Source of the DNA: Basidiobolus meristosporus CBS 931.73
Taxonomy: Eukaryota > Fungi > Basidiobolomycota
Assembly (NCBI GenBank): GCA_002104905.1
Contig: MCFE01000186.1
Location: forward strand, 74,147-138,146
Reading direction: 5' to 3'
Length of the DNA: 64,000 nt
Shown here: positions 12,701 through 22,826 of the stretch, in pieces
Numbering within the stretch: the stretch's first letter is position 1
How the letters are laid out: each line of letters begins with the position of its first letter
The notes under the pieces: model-generated
Seen by the model: the letters and a program-made list of their open reading frames with translations, nothing else
Database searches by the model: none
Told to the model about the DNA's origin: nothing
Program-made: the position numbers and the translations under genes

Positions 12701-12905
12701 ATATATAAGCCTGTAGGTCTTCTTCATAGTCATTGATCTTCATTCTTACTGGCTGGGTAATATGGTTGATTATGTGAGAGTTCCCATCAGCTGTGGAGAC
12801 TGAAGTTGATTTGGTAGGTTCCAAGTTGTTTCCAGCTTTCAAGGCAAAATGCTCCAACATGTACTCATGCAATGCTCCTGAGTCAATCATGATCTTGGCA
12901 GGTAC
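9768..12905 (-). CDS. pol: Pol portion: aspartic protease, reverse transcriptase, RNase H, integrase (second catalytic Asp mutated to Asn)
   Basis: Motifs IDSGA, RMCIDYRALN, YLDDIL, TDASDYAIGGVL, NMVADALSR, zinc-binding H-x4-H and C-x2-C, GIDFIG, ILSNRG, TNGVTER, WTGPF. No chromodomain visible. Confidence 0.95.
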   Translation of the reverse strand, partial: VPAKIMIDSGALHEYMLEHFALKAGNNLEPTKSTSVSTADGNSHIINHITQPVRMKINDYEEDLQAYIFGNYKFDLVLGKTWLFCCNPSVNWRTHATQIQKDNKTYELLPARLDFSLVNSRMCETSELSKTQFCRALRKGTQMFLMAVLQEDSATPAPQQVQTLLKKYSEVFPDELVSLPPVRDVDHAIDTGDSPPVSKTPYRMSPLELEEMKRQIDQLLEQGYIRPSKSPWGAPVLFVEKKDGTLRMCIDYRALNLVTVKNKYPIPWIDELLDQLNGATIFSKIGLMSGYNQIRVKPEDIPKTAFRTRYGRYKYLVMSFGLTNAPATFMTLMQTVFQEYLDKFVIIYLDDILIYSKTEVHHLVHIEKVLKKLRENKHYGKLPKCEFFKEHVEYLGHIATSTGVTLDPKKVEVIKNLKQPYSISELRSFLGMVSYYWRFVKSFASIAANLTDILKKDNTYKWDIACETAFQMLKNELAKLPSLRIPDFRKEFTLCTDASDYAIGGVLSQEHKGQDYPVAFESKKLNSAEKSYPVHEKEMLAIIHCLKTWRCYIEGVKCTVKTEHASLKHIFTQKVLSRRMTRWSEYIQQYDLEIVYCPGKNNMVADALSRLDQVPQLNLIHQSDWPSLLPKYLEDQVIPNEVDEDIKKIICDEASKFVVQDETLYQIVYGSPITYCPYVACLDLIHKLHNGYGHLGIEGTYSLVKARAWWPRMKQDIEKLVKTCPNCQINQGQPQRIAKLFPLEPVRPFERWGIDFIGRLPTTRKCNCWILVAIDHATKWPVAKAVPIASEQEVASFIYHEILMKFGCPVEILSNRGANFMAKTLEAYLEMQQIRHLKTLAYHPRTNGVTERFKGLFGKMLTKYANGVVSRWDEYIDQALFACRVRVHNTTQQSPFYLVYGCEPRIPGDLTQPKLRDTLEDELSQPSRHQQLEQRRQEAQTKVSQSAEKMKQRFDKTITPEALTVGNFVLLRNNTWKKFEPQWTGPFKIIRECPFATYQLVDKQGNIREDLVHRDRLKLARLADNTEPSRYWYHKKRESGEPSQL

Positions 12906-13901
12906 TCAATTGATTACTCCATTCAAGTACAATAACTTCCCTGAGTTTGAGGTCATTTGGGACAAGTACTCTTCTGTCATATGGAAGGTGAGTTCCAAGT
13001 CTTCTTTGAGCTCATCTTCCACATTACTGTGTTCATGGGACTCAATATGGTTGAAGGTTCTTGTTGGCTGGTGTCCATTTCTTCTCTGAGGGCAGTACTT
13101 TGCAATATGTCCTTGCTGGTGGCAATTGAAGCAAAGTCCTTTCTTCTTACATTCTTCTGAGGTAGGATTCTTCTGCATAGTGTCTATTTCCATTGGTACT
13201 GCTTCTGATTGTCTTTTTTCATAATGATTGTAGCCTTTCTGATTAGTCATGGTAGGCTTCCCAACTCCAAACATAGCTGAGTCATAGACAATGGCAATCT
13301 TGATGGCTTCTTCAATAGTCTGAGGTCTTTGGTAATTCACTTCCTTGCAAGTTCTTTCTTTCAACCCATCAATAAAGTATTCAACTTGATCCAATGGGTC
13401 CATTCTTTCAATTTGTCCAAGTAGACATCTGTACTCATAGATGTATTCTTGCACCATTCCTTTCTGTCTGAGTGTCTTTAACTTCCTTCTTAGTAGTGTC
13501 TGCTGGTGTGGAGGTTCAAAAGCATCCTGAATTTCCAACACAAACTCATCCCAGGTAGAGATTTTAGAGCATCCCATCATAGTGGCTGACCTGATCTTGT
13601 TGTGGTACCACTGTAAAGCTGCATCTGCCAGGTAAGAAGATGCATAATGCAACTTGCTCTCTGGAGCAATTCCTTTAGCTTTAAAAGCTTCTTCAATCTG
13701 AAAGAGCCAAGTTCCCAGGTTTTCATTGACTCTGCCACAGTACCGGTTGACCTTCACACTAAAGTTGCTCTTGACAGGGCTTTGCTGGCTTTGAGCCATG
13801 GTAGTCATTCCTTGTTGCTGTTGGCTGAGGATCTGGAGTAACTGTTGCTGTTGGGCCGGGATTTGCTGCATGGCATTCTTCCATTCCTGATTGTCCAACA
13901 T
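12906..13901 (-). CDS. gag: Gag with CCHC knuckle; same frame as pol, separated by one TGA
   Basis: ATG at 13901; retrotransposon gag-like core (AALQWY...TWDEFV...LKTLRQKG); CFNCHQQGHIAKYC. Confidence 0.93.
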   Translation of the reverse strand: MLDNQEWKNAMQQIPAQQQQLLQILSQQQQGMTTMAQSQQSPVKSNFSVKVNRYCGRVNENLGTWLFQIEEAFKAKGIAPESKLHYASSYLADAALQWYHNKIRSATMMGCSKISTWDEFVLEIQDAFEPPHQQTLLRRKLKTLRQKGMVQEYIYEYRCLLGQIERMDPLDQVEYFIDGLKERTCKEVNYQRPQTIEEAIKIAIVYDSAMFGVGKPTMTNQKGYNHYEKRQSEAVPMEIDTMQKNPTSEECKKKGLCFNCHQQGHIAKYCPQRRNGHQPTRTFNHIESHEHSNVEDELKEDLELTFHMTEEYLSQMTSNSGKLLYLNGVIN

Positions 13902-13949
13902 CTTGAGGGTGGTTTCTTCTTTCTTCAGGAGGGAGGTTTCTGGTTATCA

Positions 13950-13958
13950 CTGCTACCA
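13950..13958 (-). other. Primer-binding site TGGTAGCAG
   Basis: One nt inside the 5' LTR boundary; complementary to the ...CUGCUACCA 3' end of eukaryotic initiator tRNA-Met. The tRNA assignment is inference. Confidence 0.75.
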
Positions 13959-13959
13959 A

Positions 13960-14327
13960 TGTTTCAAGTCTTGGTATAAGAGTTGTACAGGAATAGGGAG
14001 TTTAGCTAGTATTGTATTCACTAAAACTTGAACTGATTTTTATTGAGGTTCCAGCAGCTCCTTATATACATTTTGCCAGATCAATTGCTGACTAATTGTA
14101 TTTCCTAATGTAGATTGTGGCTGATGACTCATTTGATTGCATCATCATCACCCAATAAGATCCTACTTGATATATCTATTTCTGTCTGATAAGGGTCTGC
14201 TGATTCATTTGCTGACTAATGCTGCTGATTTCATAGATAATACTGATATACTGATAACCTAAACATATACTAATTGATTTGACTAAAAACTGATCTAACT
14301 TAAACATTCAAGCAGCAGATCATAACA
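13960..14327 (-). repeat. 5' LTR
   Basis: TG...CA ends; followed by the PBS on the element strand. Confidence 0.97.
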
Positions 14328-14331
14328 CAAA

Positions 14332-14976
14332 CACCACATTGACTCCCTCCCATGCTGTGATAGGTTTTTCTGTGTGCTTTGTCTTTGGGCACTGTTGTTG
14401 TGCTTCAAAGACTGTGTGGTGTTCCTCTGCTGTTACATTGGGAAGTGGCTCAATTCTTGGCTGTGACATTGAGCTACTTGAGTTCCTTCTTTGCAGCAAA
14501 GAAACTGCTTTCTCTATCTGGGATATTGATTGCTCTACATTTATCATCTGCTCATCAAGTTTCAGCCCTATTATCAGATTACTCTGGGCCCTTGCATCTA
14601 TCCTATCAGCCATTGCACCTAATTGCTTCATTAATGCTTTGGTATGAGCTGACAACATACTTGCTAATATGGGTGGTGGTGATGTTAACACGGCCACTTG
14701 CTGATCTTCAACTGAGGGTACTGCGTTTGCTACATTCTCATCTGCCTGAGCATAATGGTCAGCTTGTGGCTCCTCAGAGGTTCTCAATTGTCTACTTGAC
14801 TGAGAGCCTGAGGAGTTTGCATTATTACCTTCAATGGGCACACTGTCCACAGGGCCTTTTTTGGATGTAGCCCTGCTTGTTGCACTGAATGTCAAAGCAA
14901 GCTGTTGTCCACTGTTCTTCTGTTGCCGTCAGTGGTGGGGTTTGGTTGAGACCCAGACAACTTTGCTTTATTTCAT
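14332..14976 (-). pseudogene. 5' part of the unknown ORF interrupted by the Gypsy element
   Basis: Open 14332-14928; an in-frame ATG at 14976 is reached through two stops (TAA 14968-14970, TGA 14929-14931) explicable as C->T changes; coiled-coil-like segment LDEQMINVEQSISQIEKAVSLLQ. Confidence 0.7.
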
Positions 14977-15206
14977 GGCAGCATATATATGGAAGTGAGT
15001 CAAACCAAAGGGGAAATAGTGTCACATATACATGTGTATGTGGCACCACAACTTTATTTATAATGCTTACTATGGCAGGTCATCATTGAATCTTACATTC
15101 TTGTATGTGCAATGTCTCAAATACAAGACTGTCTTAAGTTCACATGAGTATTGACCAAAAAGTGATATAATAGTGTTACATTGTTGAAGGTCAAACTGTT
15201 TGCCCC

Positions 15207-18200
15207 ATGGACAAGACTACTTTGACTCAACGCCGTAAGAGAAGAGAATAAAGACCATGCGGCTATTGTGGCAAGCCTCTCAGCCATGAAGCACACAGAG
15301 AGCATAGGAAGTATTACAAGGATCATGGCCACTGTTTTGCCACCCAAGGCATATTTGACCACTCATCAGTCACTACTACACCTACATAATCTTGCTGGCC
15401 AGTTGATACTTCTATATTGGCACCTGGCCATCTTTGTCACCTTGCACAAACTGAGTCAGGTGAGCTTGTGATGCATTTAGGCTCACCTCAGCCTTCTGAA
15501 TATGGCATGCAGAGTGATAGCTCTGACAAAGAAGGTTCACTGATGGATTTTGAGCTTATCTCCCCTAACAACAGTACCATGTATGAGCCCGGTCAAACCC
15601 CTACATGTAATGAGATAACACCCATTGAAACAAATGCCAAGGATACTTTATGGAGCCAAGTGAGCCCAGTAATCTATCTACTGGTGAATGATATAATGTT
15701 GTGGCTAGAGAAGTGGCGCGTTTCCACTAATATCAGCAATGGGGGCTTTGAGGATTTAATACTACTTCTTGCCAAAATTATACCGGGATGCAACTTACCA
15801 TGTACATGGTACAAGTGGACAACCATCATGCGGCTGGCAATGTATGATCCAGAGACTGTCCTGATTCCAGCATGTGTTAACAGTTGCATGGCATTCACAT
15901 CCAAAAATGCTACCATTGCAACATGTCCAAATTGTCAGGAATCCACCACCATTGAGGGAAAACATTGTTTACACTCCAGATATATTCCAGTCATACCACA
16001 TCTGAGGAAGCTGATGCAGTCTGACAAATATTGCAAAGCTATACAGTACCGCACTCATTATCAATCAAGTGCAAACATATCCAACATATTCAATGGCAAA
16101 CATTACAAACAGCTAAGAAGCAAGGGCTTCTTTGAAGGTATGTATGACCATGCCTTTGCTTTAGCACTTGATGGATTCTCATTAAACAAGTACTCTACCA
16201 GCAAATCCTGCTGGCCACTGATTCTTGTTAATCTGAATCTGCTGCCCATCTTACGGTATCAGAGCAATAATCTGATGGTTGTCTCACTGGTATCTGGGCC
16301 TAAATTACCGTCCAACCTGGATAGCTACATGTATTCATTGCTGGATGAATTTTGTATGCATTCCAGCAGGATAACAGTAAATGGCTGTCATGTAAAAGCA
16401 CATATTATTATCTGCATTGGAGATACCCCAGCTATCAGCAAGATAGCAGGTTTTCCTGGGCACAATGGACAGAATTGCTGTCCAATGTGTGAGATCCAGG
16501 GGATTTACTCCATGACTCACACACATTATTATTACCCCAACACCAGCACTAAGAACATCATCTTTCCACAGAGAGAACATACAGAAGTAAGCATGCAATT
16601 GCAGCAAAGTTGGCAAGCTATAAGCCATTGGCCAGAATATGTAATCAATTGGAAACCAGAGATACTTAAGATAGAGGGTATCTATTGGAGCAAAAGCTCT
16701 TCACTGGGAGCAATGCATTTGCTTTTCAACAATACCACTATACTGATGACCAAGTTGTACATGGGGCATTTTAAGCTAAATGAGCTCTTTGAGATACCGG
16801 AGAAATTTGAAAAAATTGGCAAGATATTACAGAGTATCTGCTACCCTAAGTACTTCTCACGGGCTCCAATTAATATTCATATGCATATATGGCAATACAA
16901 ATGCAAAGACTGGATGAACTGGATATGTATTCATTCAAGTGGTGTTCTGAGGCCATTCCTACCAAGAGTACATTGGAAGCATTGGGAGTCATATGTGGAC
17001 ATTGTAGGAATATTTATCCAGAAGTGGATCACCAATGCCAACTTAATGCTGTAGAGGGGTGACAGTGACACCCACTGACAGATGTGTTCATTACCATATT
17101 TTCTACTTCCTGATATCTCTACTACACTTATTTTAGTTTTATCACATTTGTCTTACCTGTTCAGTACTATCCCATAAGCTGGTTGACTATCACACCTGCT
17201 TACCTTATTGCATAAGTTATCCCTCACTTTATGTAAGATTACTAGCTGTAAGTGCTTCTATATTGGGCAAGTACCTGCGCCAGTACCTGTGACACATGAT
17301 CAACCCATGCCACCATCCCTACCTTTTTCATACCATATATGGTATCCCTTTGTTACACAGGTTTCAGAATAATGATTTCTGATTGGTTGGATGTGCTGTG
17401 CCTCTTAGAACCTTCTGGCACCTACTTAGAGCATTCTTAGGTCATTCTGATATCATTAAGATTTCTATTGATATCCAGAACCTTCTGGAACATCATGATT
17501 AGTAATCACTTGGCCAGTAAGAAAAGTAAATAAGGGAGGCTATCCCTCAACAATAAATCATCATCCCTTTTATCAATATACCAACTTGTTGATTAGTGTG
17601 ATCACTGCTACCTGCTGCTACCTGAACTTCCAACCCTAGACCACAGGACACTCCCAGGAAACCGTGCTGACAGCCAACTGACCTTGGAGGCACTACTTGT
17701 GAGGAATACTCAGAGTAGGTATCTTTTATTGTATTTGATTCAATCCCAAGTCTGTCCTTGTACAGGCAAAGATACTTTTCTGTCTTTGTAATTATTGGCC
17801 ACAGCTGCATTCTTATTAAGTCCCTGCTGGTGGAGTTTACAGTTGTTTCAACTTTGGAAGCTTTAGTACATTGTCATCTCAAAGGATGCTAAACTCAGCA
17901 CATACTTTTGTTAAGACGCCAACTAAGTTGGGGATTGTAGCCCAATATTTTTCCCTTGACAAGCTTGTGGCTTTATTCCCCATCACATTAGATTAGAGAC
18001 AGAACCCAAGTATTCCTATCAAGCTTTTGCCAGAGGTTATTGCACCCAGTGGGCACCCCACACACAAAACATTTGAGAAGTGTTGGACGTATCTCTCCCT
18101 TGGACTTATACACCACCACAATGCATCTACAGCTGTTGTGTGAGGAGTTTGTGACAGGATTTGAGTGGCTATACTACAAACATAAAGCTGTATGCATAGA

Positions 18201-18471
18201 TCTCTGCCGCTACTGTATCCATTCTCTACTCCATCTTGCAAGGTGTGTGGAGAATATTGGGCCTTGCTTCACCTTTTGGGAGTTTCCTATGGAGTGGATG
18301 TGTGGGGAGATAGGAAGACAAGTCAAGTTACAGGTACTACCATATCCCAATCTCATCAAGAATATTACCTTCAAGTCAGTCATGGGTGTGATGAGTTGGC
18401 ATAGAGAGGACAGCCAGGAAGAGTTGGAAAATACTGAGGACAGATATGCACATGGAGACACCAAGTTATGA
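15207..18471 (+). pseudogene. CACTA/En-Spm (tnp2, Transposase_21 plus DUF4218-like) transposase split by a solo LTR
   Basis: Motifs LALDGF...CWPLILVNLNLLP..R, SGPKLP, CIGDTPAISKIAGFPGHNG..CCPMC; after the insert FEWLYY...HSLLH...GP..TFWEFPMEWMCG. ATG at 15207 is in frame through two TAA codons. Confidence 0.9.
17050..18120. mobile_element. 1071-bp solo-LTR-like insertion
   Basis: TGTAGAG...CACCACA ends; perfect atgc TSD at 17046-17049 and 18121-18124; excision restores the transposase frame (ANLM-HLQLLCEEF). Confidence 0.88.
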
Positions 18472-18814
18472 GAGTCTTGAAATATAAATGAGCGTTTTGT
18501 ATAATGCTTGGTAAATATGCTAATTTGATATTGACTATTGGGGATACTCATAGGTTCACAGGTGTGATTGAAAGATTCCAAGTGATGGCTCTAAGTAGCT
18601 CTTATAATAACTTAGACTAGTCCAGACTTACTATGTATATATGTAGCTAATGTACAATACCTAATAGTCAACTATTTTAACAATTGCAGAGCTATTACAC
18701 CATTTTTGGTCATATTTCTAATTCAATCTTGATCATAAGAGAGTACATCAGAGTATTAGGCTAATTGTTATCATCCAGCAGCTAATAATCTACTTGACAG
18801 CTCTGAGCTAGTCC

Positions 18815-18905
18815 TAGTCACTGTAGGACCTATTCACAGCCCTTACTTTGCCACTCTCTTTAAACCCATGATCCTATAATTAATCCCCATTAGTCAGGAT
18901 GAAAT
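18815..18905. repeat. Diverged inverted copy of part of 3054-3241
   Basis: Shared blocks tagtcactgtaggac, actttgccact and atgatcctat. Confidence 0.55.
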
Positions 18906-19075
18906 TTGTATGTCATATATTGAACTTGTAACCAGTACAGCATGCTCCTAAGTATTAAGATACTTTCCTAACTCAGTGCTACAATGGCATGCTTCTACAA
19001 AGTTATTAATGCTCTGCTTGTTATCTGACATAAGACAGCTCATCAGTACAACTATTTTCAATTTGTGGACTTTCT

Positions 19076-20570
19076 AATGCACCCACTGTATTGTCATTAT
19101 CTGTACACCAATACCAAAGACATCATCTCCCCACAGAGTGAATGTACAGAAGTTGCCATGCAATTGCAGCAAGGCTGGCAAGCTATAAGTCATTGGCCAG
19201 AATATGGATCTAATCAAAAACTGGAGGTACTAGGATAAGGGGAATACTTGGGAGCAAACGTTTGCCACTGGGAGCAATACATTTGCTCCTCAAAAGCATC
19301 CCTATAATAATAACTAAGTTGAACATGGGGCATTGCATGCTCAATGTGCCCTTTGAGATACTGCAGGAATTCAAGAGAATTGGTGAGATATTACAGATTA
19401 TCTTCTACCCAAGGTACTACTCAATAACTCTACTTGATATTCATACAAATATGCAATAATACAAATGCAAGGACTGGACAAACCACAATGTGCTGGTGCA
19501 AGTGGCCTTCCAAAACAATATCAATGGAGAGTACATTGCAAGCATTGGGAGTCATATGTTGACATTGAAGGAATAGTTATCTAAAAGTGCATCAACAAAG
19601 CCAACTTGACACACTTACCATGTTTATGTAATGTGTTTGTGGCAGGATTTGAGCAGCTTTACTACATGCACAAAGCTCAGTGCTTATATCTCTGTCACTA
19701 CTTCATACAATATCTTGTCTGTCTTGCTTGGTAAGTATATAAAATTGGATCTTTCTTTACCTGCTGGGAGTTTCCCATAGAATAGATGTATGGGGAGATA
19801 GATAGTCAAGTTAAGCTGCTATTAAATTACTATCTCAATGTCATCAGCAATATTGGCTTCATGTCTGTCATGTATATGACAAGTTAGCACATGGAAGACA
19901 GCCCAGAGGAGTATAAATATACCAAGGAAAGATGAGCATGTGGTGACACCTATGTTGTTGGCATCAGAAGTCTTAGCAGCCCCAATGCATTAGTAATCAG
20001 TGAAGCCAGACTAGGTGGGTTGGATGCAACAAGCAACTAATTTCTATTAGGGCAGCTTTACCACAGAATGCCAGGTTTCTTCCAGGTACAAGCTGATTTC
20101 CACTCCATTCAATATGAAACTCATACAAGCAAAAACTACAGTGCACCTATGAAGGTGACTACATTCCATTAGGGAGAAATAATATATTGGCCAAGTATCC
20201 AAAAGCTTTATGCAGATATTTAGAAAGTATTCACAGCAAAAGTGGCAGCAACCAAGCATATAATTGCAAGATGTATATGTCACCAGCAATTCAAGGTACA
20301 TGGGGACTTTGCAAGTAACATACTGAAAAGCTGTAAACCTGAGGAGATATAATTGTGCCAATTGCAGCAGATGTGTATATATGTGGAGGTTATTAGGCAG
20401 GAAGCCATAGCTCTTTCTGAGTCAATTCAGAAATGGAATACCCATGGTGGCAATGGGTAATCAAATTAAATAGGGTAATTTTGCAGTGATGTATATCACT
20501 GTTGAAAGGGGAAGCAGTAAAAGGAAAAGCCATATGGTAAATAGGTAAAGTAGCATTATACAGGACTAGC
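19076..20570 (+). pseudogene. Second, degenerate CACTA transposase copy (C-terminal half and 3' region)
   Basis: Aligns with 16510-17049 joined directly to 18125 onward (no solo LTR), then with the reverse complement of 21030-21610. Boundaries approximate. Confidence 0.85.
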
Positions 20571-21029
20571 TGTAGCCTGCAGTACTCTAGTTATGATGAC
20601 TACAGATATCTGCATCAAAGCTGTTGAGAGACAGTCAGTTCTTTTCCGGATGCAGCATTTGCATATGTTTGCTGGTTAGGTATGCTTCAATAAAGGTACA
20701 CTACATTAAGACTGCCAGAATAACACTCAAATCCAGCCCAAGAGCAGATAAAAGCCATCAGGTATATAAACCACATAGCAGTAAACTCAGCAAAACTCTG
20801 TAACTATTCTATTTCAGGATTGTGAAAAGGGTCACTCAATACTTCTATACTCACATCTAGCTGCACTTGTATTGTGATCCAGCTAAGTCTTGTAGGTTTC
20901 TAACTCCTTCTGGCTTACCTCTTCCTTCTTGATATGGCCCATATAGTGATAGCTGTAACAAAATGGCTCATGGCAAGCCTCTAATAGCACTATAACAGCA
21001 TTATGGCAGTCTACAGCTGGTTCTGTATA

Positions 21030-22335
21030 AAGATACTGTACCAATTTACCAAATGGTATTCCCTTTTTCTACATCTCCTTCCACAATTCATATATTCCAC
21101 TGTAGAATCACCCCTCTTTATTTGTTAACCCACTACTACCTTGGGTATTCCACATATTGCTTGAATCAAAAAAATTTTGTCTTCTGCTTATTAACATCTA
21201 CAAACATGCACACCTGCTGCAATTACCATACTTCAATCACCTCAACATTACAGCTTTTTAGTTTGATACCTGCAAAGTTCCCATACATCTTGCAATCATA
21301 TGCTTGGTTACTGCCACTACTGCCACAAATACCTTCTGAATATCTGCAAAGAACTTTTTGGTATTTGGCTAATATAATCTTACTCCCTATTGGATTCTAG
21401 TCCCCCTTATAGACGCACTCTGGCTCTTGTTTGTGTGAATTTTGTATTGCATGGTGTAGAAACTGGCTTGAGAACAACAGAAACCTGGAATACTTTGGTA
21501 GAGTTTTCCTGATAAAAATTAGTTGCTTATTGCACCCAACCCAGCTTTGCATTACCTAATTGGTTACCCATGCATTGGGGCTTCTTAGCTTCTTAATACC
21601 ATAGGCATAGGTGTCTCCATGTGCATATCTGTCCTCAGTATTTTCCAACTCTTCATGGCTGTCCTCTTTATGCCAACTCATCACACCCATGACTGACTTG
21701 AAGGTAATATTGTTGATGATATTGGGATATGGTAGTACCTGCAACTTGAGTCCATCAAATATCAAGGCAAAGACATGGTCATACATACCCTTAACGTATC
21801 CCTTACTTCTCAGATATTTGAAATTTCTGCCATCAAATTATTGGAAATGATTGCACTTGAGTAATGCTGAGTACAGTGCTTCATAGCTTCACAATATTTG
21901 TTGGACTGCATAAGTTTCTTTAGATAGTGGGTTACTGTAATGTATCCAGAGTGTGAGCATGTTTTCTTCTTATGTTGGTAGATTCCTAACAAGTTAGCAC
22001 CTTGAAATGATGGCATCTTCTGCTGTGAATGCCACACAACTGTTAATACATGTTTGTACGGAAGTTAGTCAACTTAAATGGGAAATAGTGTTGCATAAAC
22101 ATGTATGTAGGATGCCACAACACTACTTATTATGTGTACTATAGTAAGTCATCATTGATTCTTACATTCCTATTGGTGCAATTTCTCAAATACAAGACTG
22201 TTTTAAATTCACATGAGTATTAACAAAAAAGTGATATAACATCATTGCATTATGGAGTGTTGAGCCATTGGCATCATCAACAAGACTGATAATACTTCCT
22301 ATGCTCTCTGCATGCTTCATAGCCAAGAAATGTGT
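21030..22335 (-). pseudogene. Third CACTA copy, internally deleted and rearranged
   Basis: Minus-strand blocks LQVLPYPNII, MYDHVFALIFDG, KKLMQSNKYC and the N-terminal agagagcataggaagtatta block; 22060-22250 matches 14985-15180 in the plus orientation. Confidence 0.85.
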
Positions 22336-22340
22336 TACAA

Positions 22341-22473
22341 TAGACTTGTTCCATTAGAGAGTGTCACATTGAGCCATGAGTTCAAAATAATGCCATGGTG
22401 CACTGGAGAGTCTAAGTAGGCCTTTACTTGGCCCCAGTGTATCAAACATAGTTCTACATCTTCATGCATAAAG
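22341..22473 (+). repeat. Truncated terminus of the 3874-4609 foldback family
   Basis: Starts TAGACTTGTTCCATTAG and aligns with 3874-4005. Confidence 0.85.
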
Positions 22474-22541
22474 GGATTTATATAGGTCTGTACAGTCCAC
22501 AATTGAGTTACAACTGAAGATTTGATGAGAATAAACTAGTT

Positions 22542-22826
22542 TGTATGCATGAAAAGTAAGAGCATTGGTGAAGTTAAAAAGTAAGAAGTGTCAGAAAGAG
22601 GCAATAGCCAATCAATGTACACAAATGTAGGAGATGATTGAGTATCTGGGATCAGAAAGTGATAGAAATGGCAGAGAGTTAGTCAAAGGCTACTTCTGCT
22701 TTGTTGTGATGAGAAATCTGACATACGAGCTTTTTTCAACAGTTCTTGCATGGTGTCCTAGTGGCATAAATACCTCTTTGTGACAGGATTTAAATTTTGT
22801 GTCAGCCTTCTGATGGAATCATCACA
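22542..22826. repeat. LTR-like family X, inverted copy
   Basis: Reverse complement aligns with 7667-7973; TG...CA ends. Confidence 0.7.

Larger units (their letters stand above)
9388..14327 (-). mobile_element. Full-length Ty3/Gypsy LTR retrotransposon (4940 bp)
   Basis: Two LTRs differing by about 14 substitutions and a 2-bp indel; TSD caaa at 9384-9387 and 14328-14331; PBS and PPT; order gag-PR-RT-RH-IN. Confidence 0.98.
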
